A DNA stretch of 55,146 nucleotides from Klebsormidium nitens (Eukaryota; Plantae; Klebsormidiophyceae). Below, piece by piece: positions 24,301 through 37,500 of this stretch. The DNA lies in contig DF237532.1 of assembly GCA_000708835.1 (NCBI GenBank), positions 1 through 55,146 on the forward strand, read 5' to 3'. Numbering within the stretch: the stretch's first letter is position 1; every line of letters starts with the position of its first letter. The notes beneath the pieces were generated by a model. The model did not search any database, was not told where the DNA came from, and saw nothing but the letters and a program-made list of their open reading frames with translations. The position numbers and the translations under genes are program-made.

Positions 24301-25514
24301 GCACGCGCACACGAACCTGAAGCGCGAACAACTAGAGGTGGCGGCCCGGGGGGCGGGAGCTTGGCGCGCGCGCCATTGAATTAACAAGGTGATAGCGCGG
24401 CGCGCGCGCGGTTCGGAAACTTGAAAACAATGGCGGGGTATAGAGAAAGTTTTGGGATGCCGGCTTCGTACATGTGTTTGAACACGTCCACGCTACAGCT
24501 GCCCAGGCAGTCCCTGCGCAGGTTAGAAAATCGTGACGAATATCCAGCTTCAAGGCCCTTGCATCCCTAATCCGGTGTGCAAGTTGGAGCGCCCATGTCT
24601 AGGATATGTATGATGAGTGTATACAGGCAAACGTTTAGAGCGTCCCCTAAACGGACAAGCTAGTGTCCGAAAACGAGTCCGAGCTGAGGCGCGAGCCCGA
24701 TCATGGCCGGGCAGGTGCGCGAGGACTCGAGATTTGAGGGCTTTGATGCATGAGCGCGCTCCGACACACATTCCGAATGAAGTTCATGATCAGAGTTCGT
24801 CCTCTGGCAATGATGCCGGACGCGACGAGAGGATGCATGTGTCAGGTTGAGGTCGGGCCGGTGGCCCAGCATGGATGAAACGTTGGAGCAGCGTAGATAT
24901 GACCGGACAGCGGTCCGCAGCTAGGCCGCCCAGGTGCACTAATGTCTGGAATTGAAGACACGCAAAACTTTCATCTATGTATAGCTAGCTACATTTGGAC
25001 TCGTTATGCAGCACGATGATGCACAATTTTATAATACTTCGACATGCACATCGCACAGTGCTCACATGTATACTGGGAATGACCTGACATTCAGGTTTCT
25101 CCTCTGTCAAGGATCGGATCCTCAGTGAATCCGGTGCAAGCGGCGGCTTGAGCCTGGCGGTTGTGATGGTAATGCATATGCATGAATCAAACTACACGGT
25201 TCTCGAGCTGAAACATCAGCATGTACACCATTGGCACTCACTCTCGTAGCTAGACCTGGTACAATGTGTCCAGGTGTATAGAAATGTGGTCCAATATGCC
25301 ATCCAACATAAGCAACACTAGCCTAGTCAAAAGCGCTTTCAAAAACAACCTTTGACGGATGAGCAGCGTCTACCTCAACACATGAGCCGCGTTTTTCCTA
25401 AGGGCGGTATTTTACCAAGATGAAACCTTCGTTTCAATGGTCAACGCGTGTCTAGATCAGGCCTGCACATAATCGTCCGATGGTGTAGCGAATGGCTGCC
25501 AAAGCTCCTCACGG

Positions 25515-28500
25515 CTAAGGGCTCTTTTGCGGGTTCTTGATGACGATAGTTGCCGCCTGCAGAGTGAGAGACATCAATAAGCACCATCTAAGAAGCAATT
25601 CATGCGACGAACGTCGAAGCAAGTGATTCGACGAACAGATCCAGACCTCAGGATTCAGAATCTGCGAAGAGAGCCAGGTCAGCGCGAAATGCATCACATT
25701 TTGGAGAGGGCAAATAAAGGCCCCCAATCATTGCTTTGACGGTGTGGGCAGCGGATTACAGATATTCGGGCCCCTCAACTTCGCACACAAGATGTGGTTC
25801 TCAATGAGGTGTCCAAGATTTGGAACAAGCAGAGAGTAAGGTGCATCGTCGAACTCCGGGAAGTTCGCACCTAGACTGGCCCTTCATTATCTTGGGTGCG
25901 AGTTTTAATTCGGGGCCCGAGATATGGCAACGAGTTTTCTCCTGGCTGGTGGGCTGGTGACCAACATAAAGGGGCCTTCCCTAGGTAGTCTTGTCCGACC
26001 TACTTAGTGCTGAGCTCTTTCCTGCGGCTTCTGAAACAAGCTACTCGAGCTCATCAACTCGTTTTGTGTATGCAGAATAAACCTCTTCTCTTTAGACGTT
26101 GAAGGAGCGGAGGCTTTCGTACTCCGAAAGACACGACTGGTCCAAACCATCGGTGCAAGTGTTGATGCTTGAGCCCCGCCGCACGCTCGCACCCGAAGAG
26201 CACGCGTCAGAGACGGGACCAAACAGGGGAGTTGGACGGCCGTACCTCTTCCCCAAAGAAAAGCGTATCTCCGTCGCTCAACTTGTATTGGGTCCCGGGT
26301 CGCAGCCGAAAGCTGGCAAAAGCACAATCAGCGACTCGTCAGCAACTGCCCATAGAATGAAAGGATGCACTTCATGGTTACCCCTAAACGGTCTTATGGC
26401 TGCTAAGGATACCTGCAACGATCTCAAAGTTCATGCATTGCCCCGCAGAAGAAAAGAGACGATCACGTGCAATGATGACGGCTTTTGGGTTTTGCAGTTT
26501 CAAGAATTTTCGCTTTCGCTTTCAGAATTTTCATTTTCCGGTTTCAGGCTTTTAGGGTCCGAGGTTGAAACAAGACAGAGATCATGACTGTACTCAGGCT
26601 GGAGTTGCTATTGGTGGCAATTGGTGAAAGTGAAATGTCCTTTGGCAAACTTGCCATGCCCATGCTGCGCTCACAGGACTCGCTTCAAATTCGGAAAGTG
26701 GATGCTCGAAGCAAGGTGAAAAGCAGGATTGTCTTCCAGTCCTGAATGGATAGATTTTTCCGCTTCGAGCACCTCCGCAGGTAGCGTGACCAGTCCAGAC
26801 GGCCGACCCCCAGTCGCGAAGGCCGGATGACGGGAAAGTTTGCACTTTTTGAATAGGTCATCGAATCCGAAATAGCCTTGACTTGGCCAACGCCTCTCCA
26901 ATGCTCTGGTACGATTGAGTGTCCTCATCAAAATCAGTTGCGGCCCACATTGCACTGCCCCCAAGCGCTTAGATATCCTTATCACTGAGTTCGACAGAGC
27001 TTCCTGTGAGTGCGCTAACAAAAGGTCGGCTCTGTCGCAGGAGGTTCTGGTTGTTAACCATGGATGGTTAGGGGCTGATTATGGTTGGTCAGAGAATGGT
27101 CATATGTCCAGTGACAAGTCTTGGGCTTTAACCAGCGCCGGAAAAAGGTTAAAGCCCGGGTTATCTGTCCAATACCCTGAGACTCAGTCTGCTAATCAGC
27201 CTGGTTAGAAGCCAAATCTTGCTTTGTGTGACGAGAACCAGATCTTCACCAAACCGCCAGCCTTGGGAAAAGCCTCGATGCACAGCGCGCCACTTCCCGG
27301 ATACGACCAAAGCTTTGACGGACTCACTTGTTGTTGCGACGCACACCGTTGGTGCTCTTGAGATCTACCACGAAATACGCGCGCACATACTCGCCGTAAG
27401 ACATGACCTCCTTGGCAAAGATCTTGGCGTGCACCCCCGACACCTGCGCAACGAGATGTGGATTACGGGATTGTTCAGTATCACGTATCATTATGCGTGA
27501 TACGTTCACCAGTATCAGGATCGACGCAATCCCCAGTGGTTAACAGCCTTTCGCCCCTCAGTGGTTAACAGCCCTTCGCCCCTCAGAGTGTTACACTCGT
27601 TCGCAAGTCGTAATGGATCAGTGCGGCTTTCCGAATTGGAAGTTGTCATGGACCCATGGCATCTGATTTGATGTCTAGGTCCGCTGCAAATGGCGGAAGA
27701 GGGCCGCCCAATATCTAACCCGGCTGGGCTAGCTCCGTAACTATAAGCCATCTCGCACAGTTCAGAAAAGGGTGGCCAACGCTGGGCACCACTTTTACAA
27801 ATCACATGCTCTACTTCGACTATTCACTGCTGTATGACTGCTTCGCTCGTTCTTACACTGAGTCTGCCGAGGAAACATTATGTCTGGTCAGTGAGTAGCA
27901 CGAGCTCTCCGTGCCAACTCTCAGGTATGGACTCCTGTGATCGCAGTATCTGAAATGAGGCGCACGAGTCTGAGACCCTTTGACCTTTCGTGGCGCTCTG
28001 CTTTTTCTCGGCTGCCGCCCTAAGACTCGTGACGCGCCTTTTGTCATACGAAGATCAAAAGACAGAACCCCACTGTCAGACGGCCAAGAGTGGCAGTCCC
28101 TGCATCACATCAAACCACGAAACTTTCTTCACCGGCCAATTGATGCAAGAGGCGAGCCTCACCGTTGGATAATCCAGTTTGACCGGAACCATGTTCTCCG
28201 CATTGCCGACCTCAGCACCAATGATGAGCGGCGTCTTGCCGATGCTGATCGGGGGCTCCTTTCCATCGTTCCGGACGAGCGTCCACACGGGTCCGTACGG
28301 CGCCAGCCCCAGCGCGCGTTTGGTGGCCTCCCGCTCCTTGATCCACCTGGCAGGGAGTGACGTCAGCAGCTTGCGTCAGCAGATATTAAGGGGACTCTCC
28401 ATTCGGTTCCCGCTCCTTGATCCACCTGGCAGGGGAGTGACGTCTGCGGCTCCGTCAGCAGATATCAAGGGGACCCTCCGTTCGATTCCCGCTCCTTGAT

Positions 28501-31500
28501 CCACCTGACAGCGGGTAACGTCAGCAGCTTGTTTCAGCAGATATGAAGGGGAACCTCCATTCGGTTTCGGCTCCTGGACGCACTCGATAGGGAGTGACGT
28601 CAGCAGCCGGCATCAGAACGCTGTAAAGTAGACGCTTTGTTGGTTCAATAGGATTTCGTTAGTTGGATAATTGGTTAGGGCGCTTGATCACAAGCAAATA
28701 AGACGTGGGCGGAGTCGAAAGCGTGCTCGATGGCTTCCTCTCCAAAGCCAACCTGCAGTGACACAAGCTGACGTCAGACATTGGCAATGGCTGCTGACGA
28801 AATAAGACCATGATGACCCGATGGTATGAGCAATGCACAATAGAGCTAGTGAACCTGTTCCGGGGCGAGAGCGTACAGAAATGTTGACGACAGCGGTTCG
28901 AGGAAAATTGATTAACGGTTTTGGCTTGCTCAATCAAAGTCGGCCAGATAATTACTGACGTGTGAATCTTTCAAGGGGATATTGTTGGACAATGGTAACG
29001 TGGACAGGAGATTACCACTGCCTGAGAACCCACGACTCTCAAGAAGCTCTCTCATTTGAGCTTGGCGGTACGGCGCAGGAGGCGAAAGCTGACACGTGAC
29101 GGGTCATTGTAAAACAAAGCAAACCTTTGACGCAGCCAGGGCCCTTTAAGAACCCTGTTTAGTCCGCCCTGATCGCTGCCAAATCAACCGCAAAACCGTC
29201 TACATAACCGGTCAGTTTCAACCTTACGATCCTCCAAACCCCTAGCTTCCATCATACTGCAGGTTTGATCAAGATTGGCGCCTAACGTAAGGACTGGGCA
29301 GTTCAATCGATGGTAATCGGTATCCACAAGGTTTGTGATAGGTCTAAGTCGACCGTGAGTGAGGCAACCAAGCCTGACTGGATGTGCAATCACTTTTGTC
29401 CCTCTTTTAAAAACCACACCCTAAAACCCTAAAACCCTAGAAACTTTACAGGCATTCTCGTCGCTCTAGACATGGTCGGACACCCACCACTTCCTCATCT
29501 CGGCCCGCCCCGCGTCCATCGTCCTCTGCCGTTCGGCCCGCCTTCTCTCCGCCGCCTCTCGTTCTTTTCGCATCTCGATCTTGACCAGAATGTCCAGCGG
29601 CGTAGGCAGCTTCTGCGCCCCTGTGGTGTCCGCGGTGACCGTCTTCGATTCGGACGGCGCTGGACGCTTGTCAGAAGTGTCTAGCGGCGAGGGCAGCTTT
29701 TGCGCCCCTGCGGTGTCCGCGGTGACCGGTTTCGATTTGGACGGCGCCAGACCCTTGTCAGACTCCGCCCCCTTCAGCTCTTGCGCCCTTGTGGTGTCCG
29801 CGGTGACCGTCTTCGATTCGGACGGCGCCGGACCCTTGTCAGACTCCGTCCCCTGGGGCTCCTGCGTTTTTGTGGTGTCCGCGGTGACCGTCTTCGATTC
29901 GGACGGCGCCGGACGCTTGTCAGACTCCGTCCCCTGGGGCTCCTGCGCCTTTGTGGTGTTCTCAATGACCGTTTTCGATTCGGAGGGCGCCGGACTCTTG
30001 TCAGACTCCGTCCCCTGGGGCTCGGGCGCCGGTTTGGTGACCTCCTGCTCCTTGATCCACCTGGCAGAAGGCAGCTGACGTCAGCAGCTCGCGTCAGAAA
30101 ACATCAAGGAGACTCTACGTTTGGTCTATATCCTGGACCAGAGCGAGAGGGAGTGACGTCAGCAGCTGACGTCAGCAGGGTCAGAAGGTGGTAAAGAAGA
30201 CGCTCTGTGTAACAAATCGACTTCGGTTTTGAACCACACAGAGGGCGCATAATTTGCACGCAAGAAAGGCGTGGCCGGATTCGTAAGCGTGCTTCATGGC
30301 TTTTTCTCGTACCGCAATCTGCAGTGACAGAAGCTGAGATCAGACATTGGCCATAGATGCTCAAGAGTCTATAGATGCAGATTGGAGATATCATCTTACT
30401 CTGTGCAACAGAGCCATTGTACCTGAATTCACTGACAGTGGAAAGAGCACCGAAACGTCGACGGTGGCGCTTCAAGAAGGACGATAGACGCTTGTGGTTT
30501 GCTGGTGAAACAGCCGGCCAAATTTTGAGGTGTGCATCACGAAGCAGTCAAATGTTGAAAGGATACACGTGGACAGGGATTTCACAATTGAACTCAGCTG
30601 AAAGCCTCCGATTTTTATGAAGCGTCTCTCCCACTTAGAGCTTGAGTCGACAGAAGTGACGGGTTATTTGAAGCCAAAGCGAAACCTTTGGCACGGGCAA
30701 GGGCCACTGAGGAAGACTTTGATCCGCTCCGTGTGCGCTGGTCCTTTAACCCGATTCTGTCTTCGTCAGCAGGTCAGTCACAGGGCCTCCAAACTCCTGG
30801 TCTCCCCCGTACTCTAGGTTTGGTCAATCCTGGCCGCCTGACCCAAATCTAAACCCAGCAAATCACACGACTGGGCCGTTGATACTCGGGTCATCGAAAG
30901 CTAAGAGTCTGCACATCGGGCGAAGCCTTACATAGGCTAGAAGTCGGTCTTGAAGCAGGGAGCTAGGTTCACCGGTTGTGCCATACGTTCGTCCGTCTCC
31001 AGAACCAAACCTAAACGTTTTTCTCGTTTTTGACGTGATTGAAAACCCACCATTCCCTCATCTTTGCCCGCCCTGCGTCCATTTTCTTCTGCCGTTCGGC
31101 CTGCGCCGCCTCTTGTTCCTTTTGCACCTCGGCGCTGACCGGATCGTCCACCGGAGCAGCCGGCTCCTGCGCCTTTGTGGTGTCCGTGGTGATTGACTTC
31201 TCTTCGGACGGCGCTGGACGCTTTTCGGACTCCGCCGCCTGGAGTTCGAGCTTGCGCTTGGCGGCCTCTTGCTCCTCGGTCCACCTGGCACGGAATGACG
31301 CCAGCAGCTTGCGTCAGTAGGGGAACTTCCCGTTTGGTTCCCCGCTCTTGAACCAACTTGGGAGGAAGAATCTTCACTCTAGCAAAAGTAAGCTTTAGCA
31401 ATAGTAAGGTGCCCAGCCTGGGACGGATAGGGTTAGTTTGGGGGTTTTGGTGGGTTCGGGTGCGGAGCGGGCGATTCTGTGGGTTAATTCTGTAGTGCAG

Positions 31501-34500
31501 GGGCTTACTACTGCTAGAGCTTACTTTTGCAGATTGAAGAAACATCTTGGGAGGGAGCGAAGACAGCAGCTGACCGACGGCAGGTTCAGAAGGTGGTTAA
31601 GTAAACGCTATGTATGTGGCAAACAGGCTTCGGTTAACTGTCCGCGAAGGGCGCATGATTCGCAAGCAACAACGGCGTGGGCACACTCGTACGTGTGCTT
31701 AATGGCTTCCCCTTCTACTCCAATCTGCAGCGACAGAAGCTTTAGTCAGACGACAGGTACCAACTTACTTTGCGACGACTTAATGGTACGGCAATGCAAA
31801 ACAGAGCCAGCATAACTGACTCCCAAGACAGCGGGAGAGTACAGAAACGTTGATGACGGCTCTTCGAGAAGGGTTTGGATGACGCTCTCGGCTTACAGGA
31901 ACAAGCCGGCCGAATGCCTAACGTGTGAAGCTTTAAGAGGAGAATAGGAACGTGGACCGGGGTTACCAACGACTGTGAGCCCCCGATCCTCAAAAAGTGT
32001 CTCCCCAGATTGTAAGTGTGTACTACTGAAAGATCAAAACTTGACAGATGACGCGTTGGCAAACAAGTAATCGGAACCTTTGACCGCCACAAAGCAGACC
32101 GCCCTATTGCAACTCGTCTACATCACCACATCAGGTCGAGACTTCGAGGCCTCCAGAATTTTCGATTTCATCATGCATTCGCCTCTTGTCAGAAGGGAAC
32201 CCTACACATGTTCTAGTCAGACCCGAAAGATTGCAAACCCACCACGTCCTCATGGTTGCCCGCCCCGCGTCCATCCTCCTCTGCTGTTCGGCCTGCGCCT
32301 CGGGCGACATTTTCTGCGCCGCCTCTTGCTCCTTCTGCGCCTCGATGCTGACCGGGACGTCCGCGGGAGTACCCAACTCCTGCGCCCCTGTGGCATCCGT
32401 AGGAATCGTCTTCGTTTCGAGCGCGCGCTTGGTAGCCTCCAGCTGCTGGGTCCACCTGGCAGGGAGTGACGTCAGCAGCTTACGTCAGCAAATACTAAAG
32501 GGACTCTTCATTTGGTTCCCCTCCTAGACCCATTTGACAGGGAGTGACGTCAGCAGCCACTATCAGAATAACTAAACGCTCTGTGTGGGAATTAGCGATT
32601 TGGTCTGGTTGAAATCCTGCTAGGGCGCATGTTACACGAGCAAGAAAGTCATGTGAGGCAGTCGTAGGCGTCGACTCCTGCTCTGCAGCGGCGACAGAAG
32701 GTGACGTCAAACATTGGCCAGAGATAGTACCATCCTACTCTGCGCGTGACCCGATGGTTTGGGAGATGCATCTAAGCCATCGAACCTGATTCCAGATTGA
32801 CAAGGGCACAAAGAAACGTCGACGGTGGAACTTCGAGAAAGGACTGAAAGCGCGGTTAGCTTGCCGAAGCCGGCCAGTTGTCCAACTTGTGAATCTTTAC
32901 GGGGAAACTGCTGAAGAACGGGAAGGAGGACACGGCATTTCCAGTGATGAAGAGCTCACAATCCTCAATACGTGTTTACCCCAATTTCAGCTTGGCTTTA
33001 CGTCCCAGATGGGGGTCAAAGTTGGCACAGACGCGATCGATTGGCCAATGACAAAGCGGACAATTTGTCACGGGCAGGGTCCACTGAGAACCACACTTAG
33101 TACTTTGAGGCTTTCAGAGTTCTCGAGTCCTCGTATGTCCGCCTTCTGTCGGTCGTGAACCCTACACACATCCCAGTCAGTCTTGACGAGTTGCGCACTC
33201 ACCATTCCCTCATCTTTGCCCGCCCCGCATCCATTTTTTCCTGCCGTTCGGCCTGCGCCGCCTCTTGTTCCTTTTGCACCAGATCGTCCACCGGAGCGGC
33301 CAGCTCCGGCGCCGTTGTGGTGTCCGTGGTGGTTTCCTTCACTTCCGACGGCGCTGGACGCTCTTCGGACTCCGCCCCCTGGAGTTCGAGCTTGCGCTTG
33401 GAGGCCGCCTGCTCTTGGATCCACCTGGTAGGGAGTGACGTCAGAAGCTGGCGTCAGAGAGTGTTAAGGGGCTCTCCGTTTGGTCCCCGCTCTTGGATCC
33501 ATTTGAGAGGGAGTGACGTGAGCTGGTGTCAGCAGATGGTAAGCAGACGCTTGTTGTGGGAGAAGAAATGTTCGGTTGGATTCCTGTTTCGGCGCACAAT
33601 TTGCAAAGCAAGAAAGGAATGAACACTATCGTAGGCGTCGTTCCCTGATCTGCAGCTATAAAAGCTCTGCAGCTATAGAAGACGTCAACCATTGGCCACG
33701 GATGCTGACAGAAAGGCAGCATCTTACTGGCTTGTGACCCAATGATACGGGGGATGCACAACAGAGCCAATGAAACCTGATTCTAGGATGGCGAGAGCCC
33801 ACAGAAACGTCGATGATGTCACTTCGAGAAGGATGTGAGGGCGATCTGGTTCATTGGGACGAGTCGGCCAGATAATTTTGCGGTTTGAGTCTGGAAAGGA
33901 ATTCTGTTGGACGAAGTACATGTGGGGAGGCGAACTCGACTGACTGAGAGTCTTATGAATGTTTCGCAATCTTAGTTCGTTTACGGTCGAAGAGTCAAGA
34001 GTTGACAGACGGTGTACAGGTTAGCAAACCAGTCAGCGGAACCTTCTGAGAACCATGTTTGGTTTGCTCTGTGAGCGCTCTCCCCGTGACTGTGATCTAC
34101 GTCTACCTTACCAGGTGAGGTCCAAATTTCGCGGCCTTCAAACCCCTCGATTTCATCAAGTTGTTGTCCCTTTTCAGAAGCAAACCCTACGCATGTATTC
34201 GTGAGTGTTGACAATCTGCGAACTCACCATTCCCTCATCTTTGCCCGCCCCGCGTCCATTTCCTTCTGCCGTTCGACCTGCACCGCATCTTGTTCCTTTG
34301 GCACCTCGGTGCTGACCAGAGCGTCCACCGGAGCAGCCGGCTCCTGCGCCCCTGTGGTGTCCGTGGTGATCGTCTTCGATTCGGACGGCTTTTCGGGCAC
34401 CGTCCCCTCGACCGCACGTTTGGAGGCTTCCTGCTCCTGGGTCCACCTGACAGGGAGTGACGTGAGCAGCTTGCGTGAGAAAATAGTGGGGGGACTTTCC

Positions 34501-37500
34501 GTTTGGTTCCCGCTCCTGGACCCAATTCAGGGGGGGTGACGTCAGCAGCGGATGTCAGAAAGTGGTAAGTAGACGCCCTGTGTGGTCAAAACAATTCAGT
34601 TTGGTTGGATCCTTGCGAAGGGCGCAGCAACTACAAGCAAGAAAGAAGTCATAGGCGTGCTTAACGGCTTCCGGCGTATCCCGATTTGCAGCGCCAGAAG
34701 CTGACGTCAGACATTGGCCTTAGGTACTGACCACTGAGATAGATTCACTCTGCACATGACCCAGTCCTATGGAGAACATTTGCAGTAATAGAACCATCGA
34801 ATCGGATCTGAAAACGACATGAGCACACAAAACGTCGACAATGGCACTTCGATGGATGACGCTCTTGGCTTGGTCTGAAAGAAGTCGGCCAAATGCCTGA
34901 CGTGTGAGTTGTGGAAGAGACCTTGTCGAAGTGAAACGTGGACAAGGGTTACGGACTGACTGAGAGCCCGCAATCCACTTGACTTTCTTTGCCACTTCAG
35001 CTGAGCTGTACGGCGGGAGAATCAACGTTGAAAAAAGTGACAGACTACCAGGTTTTGCAAGCGGAGGTGTGCCACGGCCACGGTTTAGTGAGAGCCATGT
35101 TCGGTCCTCTCTGCACGAGCGCTGCCCCTTGGATTGTAATCTGTCTACATCAGCAGAGCAGGTTCAGCGTTACGAGGCCTGCTAAGTCCTCGACTCCACC
35201 ATTCTGCAGGTTGTTGGAGTGAAAACAAAGAGAGTCTTCTATTTCAGCGCAGCCCACTTCCTATCGGCATTCATTAGTGGTACTGGCGTGCCCCACCTTG
35301 TTCATAAAAAACATAGAAAGAAACGAAAGAAAAACTACTGAAAAGGGGAAATAAATCAAACTCAGTGATCCTGGCCGCCTGACCCAAACCTGGTCTCAGC
35401 CGATTGGGACTGGTCCGCTCAAGTGATGGTATTCAGGAATTCGAAGGTCCAAGTTATGGGCAAGGGCAAAACTTTTGCGAATGGCTCGAAGTCGGTCTGA
35501 AGTCAGGCGGCCAGGGTGAACCCGTTGTACAATACCTTTCTCTTTTACCAGAACCAAACTTACACGAGCTCTCGTCTGATTGTAAACCCACCAATTCCTC
35601 ATATTCGCCCGCCCCACGTCCATTTTCCGCTGCCTGTCCGCCTGCGCATCGACGCTGACCGAATCGTCCAACGGAGTAACCGGCTCCTGCGCCCCTGTGG
35701 TGTCCGTGGTGATCGTCTTCGCTTCGGACGGCGCCGGATGCTCTTCGGACGCCGTCGCCTGGAGTCAAAAGCGAAGTTAAATGTTCTCATCCCACAGGGC
35801 CGCATGACGGCGAGGAGGCAGGGTCAAAGCCAGAGCCGGATGACTATACGTGTACACTTTCCATGGATGGAGGACAGTCCAGGGCAGGACTGGAAGTGGC
35901 CATCAGAAACTTGCTCAAGCGTTTGAAACAGGACACGATTGTGAGCAGCGAGCTTGTGAGAATGCGCAAAGAGAAGTGCGAAGAGCGGGAGAGGGCGCTC
36001 AAGAGCACACAGGACAAGCTGCGGCTGGAACGAGACAAGAGGAGGGAAAAGTCGCTCGTTTTTTCCAATTACGATTTCTCGATATTCAGCCTTGGTGAGA
36101 CACTTGTGTTCTACTTGAAAGTCCAACTATCTGCATGCAGAGGTCTACACATGTGCCTGTTAGCTACAAGCGCATGTCAATGGACCACATTTAAAGGGAG
36201 TTTTGAACCCTGTGAATCTTCACATGGGAGTGGAGGCGGCTTTCTTTGTTGAAAGCGACCCTTGCCCTTTTACTATAAGTCCCCAATGATTCATATAGGG
36301 AGCAGAGTCCAGGGTCTTATCGCTGGCCAGTAAGTTCACGCGTTAAACTGCCCTCCGGCAGATTGATCTGAGTTCAGTGTCAAGGGCTTAAAGACTGATC
36401 CAGTTCAGCAATTGCCAGGTCATGGCCATACAATTGACATACCAAAAGTAGCATCGGATCATTCTTCTTGAAACAGAGCAGATCAATCTTCTCACCAGCT
36501 CTTCCTGCCGTCCGGACGGGACCGTTTTCGCTTCGGCAACCGTAGTGGCTTGCTTGGGGGTTGAACTGGGACTGCGCCGTACGGGAAGTGCTCTGCGAGT
36601 GCGTTTTACTTTTGGCAGGGGCGGACGAGAGGGGTCGAGCGCTCGGAGTCGGTGGTCGAGCCACCTGCAAGCAAGTAGAAGCTGTTTATCGCATGCACGT
36701 ACAAGAGACCCAAAACAGCAGAATGTTTCTAATGGTAAGACCTTGAAACCGGTTTAAACGGAAACACAACCGAGGGTGATACTGATGAATATCGCCGGTG
36801 CCGTGACGGCAGCGCAGCAAATAAATAAGTCGAGAATATCCAAAAGGGACGGCGAGGCTCTACAAACCCGGCTGCTGTGCGGTCAACTTTCTGTGGGTTT
36901 GAAAATTGTGAGACGACTTGCTGGATGCGGAAGGCCGCTCTATTTTGAACCGAGGAGAGATTGTAGGGGGCTTAAGTTACGTCAGAATTACTGTGTCATG
37001 GACTTGGGTGTGCCCAGAATCAGCCGCTCACCACGGTTGTCTAACAAGCAATTTACTGTAAGTCGTAAGCAGTATTCATCTGACTGTCTGCAGCTGTAGT
37101 CCAACTTGAAGCAGGCCGAGGTGCCCTTTTGATACGAATATCAGATTTGCTGTTTCTAGCGTTGATATAACCGACTTATATGCGTCTTGCAACGTGGGCC
37201 GCTGGCTCAGAATAGCTGGTACTCGGGAGTGGAAGTAACTAGGAAGAGGCATAATGTATCAGAATGCGGTGTCCCAGCAGAGTCATTTAAGAATGATGGG
37301 ACTCCTTGTGCTGGCTCCTGACCCTGCCAAGAATGTACCACATGCTCCAAGGGTCACAATGCTCAAAGGAAAGAGGAGCGGTTTACTGTGCAACTCTTCG
37401 GACCCGAGGAGAACCAAAAACATGAGCAACAGGCTGGGACGTCGAAACCACCGGACTCACCAGACTCTCATCACTGCCCTTCCCTCTTCCATCTCAATCC

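Noticed and set aside
26671-27021. Minus-strand ORF inside an FHA-gene intron, with a nearby VELSDKDI*ALGG FHA-like string
   Set aside because: It has an in-frame stop and an incompatible phase. The true FHA C-terminal exon is 26312-26246.
29419-29440. (CCCTAAAA)2 CCCTAG telomere-like motif
   Set aside because: Fewer than three units, and TAGGGTT-like words are common in these introns.
28325-35760. Regularly recurring GGGAGTGACGTCAGCAGC units resembling a CRISPR array
   Set aside because: The units are duplicated intron flanks and acceptors. There are no unique constant-length spacers or cas genes, and the context is eukaryotic.
29472-35926. Many plus-strand and alternative-frame ORFs in the track (e.g. 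29581-30078, 29700-30194, 30937-31545, 33155-33622)
   Set aside because: They are GC-rich shadows of the minus-strand repeat exons. Only the WW-motif frame has consistent splice sites and phases.
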